From the NCBI GenBank assembly GCA_964187785.1, contig OZ076413.1:42718001-42782000 (forward strand): DNA of 64,000 nt, in the 5' to 3' direction. A program made the position numbers and the translations under genes. Source of the stretch: Amphiscolops sp. MND2022. Taxonomy: Eukaryota. The notes beneath the pieces are model-generated. The model was not told the DNA's origin. It made no database searches and was given only the letters and a program-made list of their open reading frames with translations. Shown here one piece after another: positions 60,101 to 64,000 of this stretch. The stretch's first letter is position 1, and each line of letters begins with the position of its first letter.

Positions 60101-63100
60101 CCACATCGACCTGTTCTTCCGAACTGCAGCTGGCTAAGGTGATCGAAGCTGACGTTGATGGAGCTCAGTTCCAAAATGTCGAGTTCTTTGTGTCTGACAC
60201 CAAGTTTTCAACAACCTATAACATTCCCTTCGTGACAGAAAGCGTGAACGAGTTCTCGCCAGTGTTTGACAACCTGCCCGCGACAGTGTCGATAGACGAA
60301 AACACGCCAATCGTGGCGGGAAGCTACATCTTCAGAGCAGTAGCAACCGATGACGATAGTGCTGCTTCAACCGATGGTCAAGTAAGATTCATCGATTGCA
60401 GAGCTATGAGTTTCTTAGTGTTATTTTTTGCCACACTCCATTTATGGAATAATAATAATTGTTCAGCGAGTACGGCCATGTTTTTGATTGATATTTTCAG
60501 CTGGAGTGAAGTTCAGTTACTTAGATCTATGCGATATTAGACAAAAGGTTTCGCTTTGGGTTCGAACCTCTTTAGTGTTTTTATTTTTTGACCCTAAATT
60601 TGAAGCCTTGGGGGGCTCAGATGGGGTATACCATGTATGGAACATATACTACTTTTTGTGGTTGAAAAGTTGACAAGACAAAGAAGATAACCTGCTGTTA
60701 GCCTAAGGGAATGAGTAGATGATCAGTCTTTTGAAGAACTGACACAGAATAAACTTTGTTTTGGATAAAGTAACAGTTTCACAAAAGTCTCTTAACTTTC
60801 TTCAGAATTCTTTCTATTAATCGTTTAAGCCGTTTATCATTTTGTCCGTTATACTTGAACAAGAGATGCGTATAGAGTCCAGATGTTGGTCAGCTAATTT
60901 GCTAAACAGACTTTATTAAGGGAATTAGAATATTTTCAAAAAGTTTCTCACATGATGGGCATATACCTACATGAAAAATTTTGAACCATGTGAAAATTTT
61001 TGTGAAGGTTTATTATGAGTTGGATTCGGCCAACGGGTATTTCGACATCAATGCTGAGACTGGAGAAGTGTACCAGATAGCAGACCTGGACTACGAGGCT
61101 CCTCTGCTGTCTGTAACGGTGGACATTGTTGCGAAGGACAGGACCGGGGATCGATCCTCCTACCCTACAGCTGCCCTCACTGTGACCATACTCAATGTGA
61201 ACGACGAGGCACCAACTTGGTCCCCGGGTAGTGTCTGGTAAGTGCAAGTGGACAGTAGGAAACCTGGGGTAATTTGGTATTTTATTTGTAAACAGGGTTT
61301 GAAAAACAGCGCTCTATTGGGCTGTAAAATGTTTAAGAAAATTGATACTTTTCGCTAGAAAATACTTACATTAAGCCTAAAATCTAGGTGAAATGAAGAT
61401 CAAAGCATTGTTTTAAAAAGAGTTTTTCATTACAAAAAATGATTGTTATGCTTGAACTAATCAGTGTAACTTACAATCGCTTCCTTTCCTTTTCTAGTTT
61501 CAGTTAAAGTACTTTCAAACCACTTGTCATCCATTGCTGAGTCAATAACCAGTTTGTTGGTTTTAATAATGTATGCTATTTGCGTAAGTGTTTTGGTATC
61601 TAGGAAGCTATTTTTCCAGCATCTTTGGGTGAAAAAGCAAAAAAAAACGTTTCTCCGATTCCCGCCTGTGGTCTGAAACAAGATTTTTGGTGGCAATATA
61701 AAACATATCTTTACGCCATAAACAATCCACAATAAATAGGAGCCGAAGCAGCTGTGTTTTCCAAAAATACATGTTGATAAGTTTATAGTTGTTTATGAAC
61801 TATTACGTCACTTCAGGGCTTTCACGATGGCTGAAAACACAGCGACATCCACCCCTCTGTCAACTACCAACCCCCTCTCTGCGGATGCAGTTGATAGCCC
61901 CGCTGGAGATATCAGGTACTACATAACAGGCCAAATCCCATCAACTCCAACTTACTTCACTCTTCCTGACCCGACAAACGGGGTCATCAAGACAACCACA
62001 AATGGACTGGATTACGAGACTACTGACTCGGTGGTCCTGGAGGTCAAAGCATGTGACTCTAAAGGTCAACCAGGGTGCTTATCGGTCACTGGACTGGTTT
62101 ACGTGACCGTGACAAATGTGAATGAGTTTGCACCAGCTTTTGCGCAGGTAAGTTGTCTTTACATGCGAGCAAAAATGAGTTCTTTGAGGCACAGGGCCCT
62201 TCGATCGTTGACCTGGTCTAGTTCAGGCCTAGCCAAGTGTGAAAGTGTTGATTGCCATCGTTAGACCACGCCTAGCCAGGGATGAAATTACCATGGACCA
62301 CCCGTGGCCGTGTATGGAATGCGATGGAGTCTCCATTCGTGTTTGTTTTAAAATTATCGAAGTTCAAGAATCTATGATCTGTCCTTGTTTGGATTGTTTG
62401 ACACTATATCTTCAAGAATGTTCATTTTTCAAGAACTTTGTTGTTGACTGAACAGGCCCGACCTTCTTTGAAAGTGATTTTTGAAAAGTTTGATGTTAAT
62501 TGGTTTCGATGACTGAGCAAACACTTGACTGATTACTCGGTTTTTTCCAGGCCAGGTACAAATTTGAGGTGATAGAGAATACGGACATCGGGTACCAAGT
62601 AGGCAAACTTGACATCCAGACAGACGCTGTTGATCAAGACGACTTGCCCAATGACGCAAAATGCTCGCTTGAAACCAATTCTTACTTCGCTATTGACCCA
62701 AACACCTGCGTAATCACCCTCGTAGCTGCTATCGACAGGTACGATCACGTGACTTTAACAATAATAAAAAGTCAAAGTTTATAGGTCACAGCTCAAGTGT
62801 CTCAAGTCTATAGTTGAACAAGACGGGAACGTCTAAAGTCGGCGCTATATCTAAGGCTCAAAATGCGCAAAAGACTTTTTAAAAAAACTTGAATTTTTTG
62901 ATTTTTTTTCTTTCAGAAAATGTCGCATAGTGCCAAAAAATGTAAAAGGGGGACCCTTTGGGCTTTATTAACATATATTCTGTTGCAAAATACCAAAAAA
63001 CTCGAAAGGGGGACTCTTTTGAGACATTAAAAAATTTTCGAAAAAAGTCGCACAATGCCGAAAAAAAATCGAACCTTTTAGTCTCGTCCGGTTTTGTAGG

Positions 63101-64000
63101 TTACGGTAAAAAAGTAAAAAATGAAAGGGGGGACCCTTTGCACTAATTTCCGCTGACCGGACTTGGCCTTATGCTAGTAGTTTTAGTAGTTTCGATTGTA
63201 AGAAAAGTGGCCCAATCAGAGTGAGATTGTAGTCTGACGAAAAAAAAACTAGCCACTGTAAGAGTCGGGCACTTTTCCCTAGAAAAGCGCCGACTAAAAA
63301 CAAGTGGGTAGTTAATTTTCTTGATTTATATTGAGTGTTTCAATTCAGAAAATTTCAACCAAACTTATCAAAAGCGGAGAAAAAATTAATACTAAAGGCA
63401 CATTGCGAAAGTTACGAGAAAATGAGTGTAATGTAAACGGAGAGCTTTGACAAGAAAATCTCACACGTTTCTTGAATATATTTGTATTGTTCTTCGACCT
63501 TGAATTCTGGCCTTGTTTCTCGCTAATGGCATACCCGTTATTCTCTAAGGGGGTGCTTTTGTCAGTGGTACTCCTTCAACATCGTGTTTTTAGTCGTCGC
63601 TTTTCTAGTGAAAAGAGCCCGAATATTACAGTGGCTAGTTTTTTTCGTCAGACTTTTCGCTCATCGCGTATGTACCACTTTTTGTGAAAAATTCATTTTT
63701 ACCAAAAGTACTCAGTACTTGATTTTGAATGCATCCAAAGGCTTCTACCTTGAAATGCAAAACCATTCATAATGCTATTCGTTGTGGATAGAATTTATGA
63801 ACTGGAATTTAATCTCTTGAAGTCCTCAGAACGTCTTGATAATTGGACGTGTGTTGCAGGGAAACAGAGACGACGTTCAACCTGGTAGCCAAGGCTACGG
63901 ACACTTCGCTCACTACCCAAACAGCCACTGTCACAGTTGACATCAACGTCCTAGATATGAATGACCACACGCCTGCGTGCACAGGACTCGCCAATCCCTA
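36073..64000 (+). CDS. Large cadherin-repeat protein (CDHR3/4-like, non-classical), 3'-partial; 20 exons, ~1616 aa in window, signal peptide plus 14 complete EC repeats and the start of a 15th
   Basis: All 19 GT-AG introns join in frame. Cadherin motifs recur: xE, DxD, LDYE/FDYE/IDRE and DxNDxxP (TNVDDGAP, TNENDNP, VNTNDEIP, PVNDKTP, DVNDNAP, SVNDG, NINDNKP, SVNEFSP, NVNDEAP, NVNEFAP, DMNDHTP). No transmembrane segment lies within the window. The orthology assignment is uncertain. Confidence 0.93.
36443..36701 (+). CDS. Cadherin exon 2
   Basis: tttacag|...ATC CA|gtgaga; GGCNGALYLQPYPPIIQIPES...NFEAGDTQLQFGI. Confidence 0.85.
37108..37328 (+). CDS. Cadherin exon 3
   Basis: ttccag|...GCA G|gtaaga; TITNVDDGAPCFTNAALAVSISENT. 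Confidence 0.9.
37626..37880 (+). CDS. Cadherin exon 4
   Basis: tttcag|...GCC A|gttagt; QFDYETTAD...VTNENDNPVIC. Confidence 0.9.
38446..38711 (+). CDS. Cadherin exon 5
   Basis: ttccag|...ATC AAG|gtggga; ILCTDLDEG...FYIEVTD. Confidence 0.88.
39054..39222 (+). CDS. Cadherin exon 6
   Basis: ttctag|...GGA A|gttagt; VNPSSTGALTLTPAVYTPSLEEDIQVG. Confidence 0.85.
43360..43783. mobile_element. Possible MITE
   Basis: 14-bp inverted repeat TTGGCTCTTTTCTG (43360-43373) / CAGAAAAGAGCCAA (43770-43783) with adjacent C/G runs. TAAT on both outer sides. Confidence 0.4.
43877..44893 (-). CDS. Candidate nested two-exon gene encoding a ~143-aa multi-pass membrane protein of unknown family (exons 44893-44665 and 44079-43877)
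   Basis: Exon A runs from ATG 44893 as MSEIQIDISTS...FDIFIWLFIG to a phase-1 donor (GT at 44664, or GC at 44667). Exon B follows the strong acceptor cccctctttcctcttttatag and continues in phase as YHILLGYTSLILVGIGGSSVLICCLAGL...SSDNNL*. Exon B is a GC-rich island in AT-rich DNA. Confidence 0.55.
45781..45828. repeat. Microsatellite (CAATGTTT)6
   Basis: Six perfect 8-bp units. Confidence 0.95.
45836..46074. mobile_element. Non-autonomous CMC/EnSpm-type MITE, 239 bp
   Basis: ~36-bp TIR CCCAGCGTTCGACATCTTG(A/G)ATATCTTG(A/C)CAAGATC with 2 mismatches, AT on both sides (2-bp TSD) and internal CAAGAT repeats. Confidence 0.85.
46091..46336 (+). CDS. Cadherin exon 7
   Basis: ttttag|...CCA A|gttagt; WGVDPIEG...PLDYEAIPQF...VNTNDEIPTF. 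Confidence 0.9.
46995..47185 (+). CDS. Cadherin exon 8
   Basis: tttcag|...ATC GAG|gtcatt (weak donor); LPAAVTLTEG...TFSVNDADD. Confidence 0.8.
47440..48600 (+). repeat. Partial copy of the long non-coding repeat family
   Basis: Matches 32430-33420 directly and 26500-27310 in reverse complement. Confidence 0.7.
50051..50247. mobile_element. MITE-like element, 197 bp
   Basis: TIR GGATCTTTTCTGTTAATTCCCCC versus the reverse complement of GGGGGTAATTAACAGTAAAGATCC (2 mismatches). No clear TSD. Confidence 0.55.
50551..51408 (+). mobile_element. Internally deleted hAT transposon derivative
   Basis: Imperfect 24-bp TIR (CCAGGAAGAATGAGTTTCGGCGCT vs CCAGGAGGAATAAATTTCAGCACT, 19/24). It has an N-terminal zinc-finger remnant at 50883-51017 (VFCRICS...VSDHLSSAQHSK) and a hAT dimerisation-like remnant at 51067-51288 (PSTTVDLERFFS...RPCMTKETLDMLL). 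No 8-bp TSD found. Confidence 0.65.
51409..52280 (-). mobile_element. Probable solo LTR (872 bp) of an LTR retrotransposon containing the 5' part of a gag-like ORF
   Basis: On the minus strand it begins TGTTAG (52280) and ends ...TACGACA (51409), i.e. TG...CA termini. It holds an ORF from ATG 51993 (MPTTRKQKKARKSR...coiled-coil SSELNSRLSRELDEMMSSVNTQIQRAI). No TSD found and no pol sequence nearby. Confidence 0.55.
53294..53486. repeat. 193-bp near-perfect spacerless palindrome (foldback MITE-like)
   Basis: Arms 53294-53388 and 53389-53486 differ by 6 substitutions and one 3-nt indel. The centre is TATCTA|TAGATA and both ends carry TA. Confidence 0.92.
54208..54526 (+). CDS. Cadherin exon 9
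   Basis: tttcag|...CTG G|gttagt; LARKADLD...ITPVNDKTP...VATDND. Confidence 0.9.
55811..55911 (+). CDS. Cadherin exon 10
   Basis: tttcag|...GTC CAG|gtcagt; YFAVDFLTGQLTLVKSIDVD. Confidence 0.9.
56480..56780 (+). CDS. Cadherin exon 11
   Basis: tttcag|...CCA C|gtgagt; IEASD...EDVNDNAPTC. Confidence 0.92.
57092..57388 (+). CDS. Cadherin exon 12
   Basis: tttcag|...TGC G|gtaagt; LDYDFEQTIFEIVI. Confidence 0.92.
57759..57986 (+). CDS. Cadherin exon 13
   Basis: tttcag|...CAA G|gtgagc; TFELTDLAGG...LSDDDVPVC. Confidence 0.9.
58480..59024 (+). CDS. Cadherin exon 14
   Basis: ttccag|...GAA ACG|gttagt; LKCTDGD...SVNDG...LSCKDED...IDFE. Confidence 0.92.
59253..59490 (+). CDS. Cadherin exon 15
   Basis: tttcag|...CTA G|gtcagt; TNINDNKPTC...LTCEDLD. 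Confidence 0.9.
60098..60381 (+). CDS. Cadherin exon 16
   Basis: ttttag|...GGT CAA|gtaaga; ESVNEFSPVFDNLPATVSIDENT...ATDDD. Confidence 0.9.
61008..61237 (+). CDS. Cadherin exon 17
   Basis: gtgaag|...GTC TG|gtaagt; FDINAETG...LDYE...NVNDEAP. Confidence 0.9.
61817..62147 (+). CDS. Cadherin exon 18
   Basis: cttcag|...GCG CAG|gtaagt; MAENT...GLDYET...NVNEFAPAF. Confidence 0.92.
62551..62738 (+). CDS. Cadherin exon 19
   Basis: ttccag|...GAC AG|gtacga; YKFEVIENTDIG...FAIDPNTC. Confidence 0.9.
63860..64000 (+). CDS. Cadherin exon 20 (runs off the window)
   Basis: ttgcag|G GAA ACA; (D)RETETTFNLVAKATD...VLDMNDHTPAC. Confidence 0.9.

Overview
AT-rich metazoan genomic DNA with spliceosomal introns, not a prokaryotic sequence. 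Two host genes on the + strand could be assembled by hand with consistent splice phases. The first is a 4-exon VPS26 (retromer subunit, 3080-22321, ~418 aa) with a long Ser/Pro-rich C-terminal tail. The second is a large cadherin-repeat gene (signal peptide plus 14 complete EC repeats in 20 exons, 36073 to beyond 64000). Introns and the intergenic region are dense with mobile DNA: a 5'-truncated CRE-type non-LTR retrotransposon inserted inside a MITE TIR with a 10-bp TSD, a ~10.9-kb decayed CMC/EnSpm element with ~190-bp tandem arrays, an apparently intact IS630-Tc1-mariner element with DD32E spacing and 127-bp TIRs, a deleted hAT derivative, a probable solo LTR containing a gag-like ORF, several MITEs and a 193-bp near-perfect palindrome. 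The best candidates for something new are a two-exon small membrane-protein gene nested antisense in cadherin intron 6, the DD32E transposon, the CRE insertion site and the apparently duplicated four-repeat cadherin architecture. All calls are by eye with no database searches. Coordinates of degenerate repeats are approximate.
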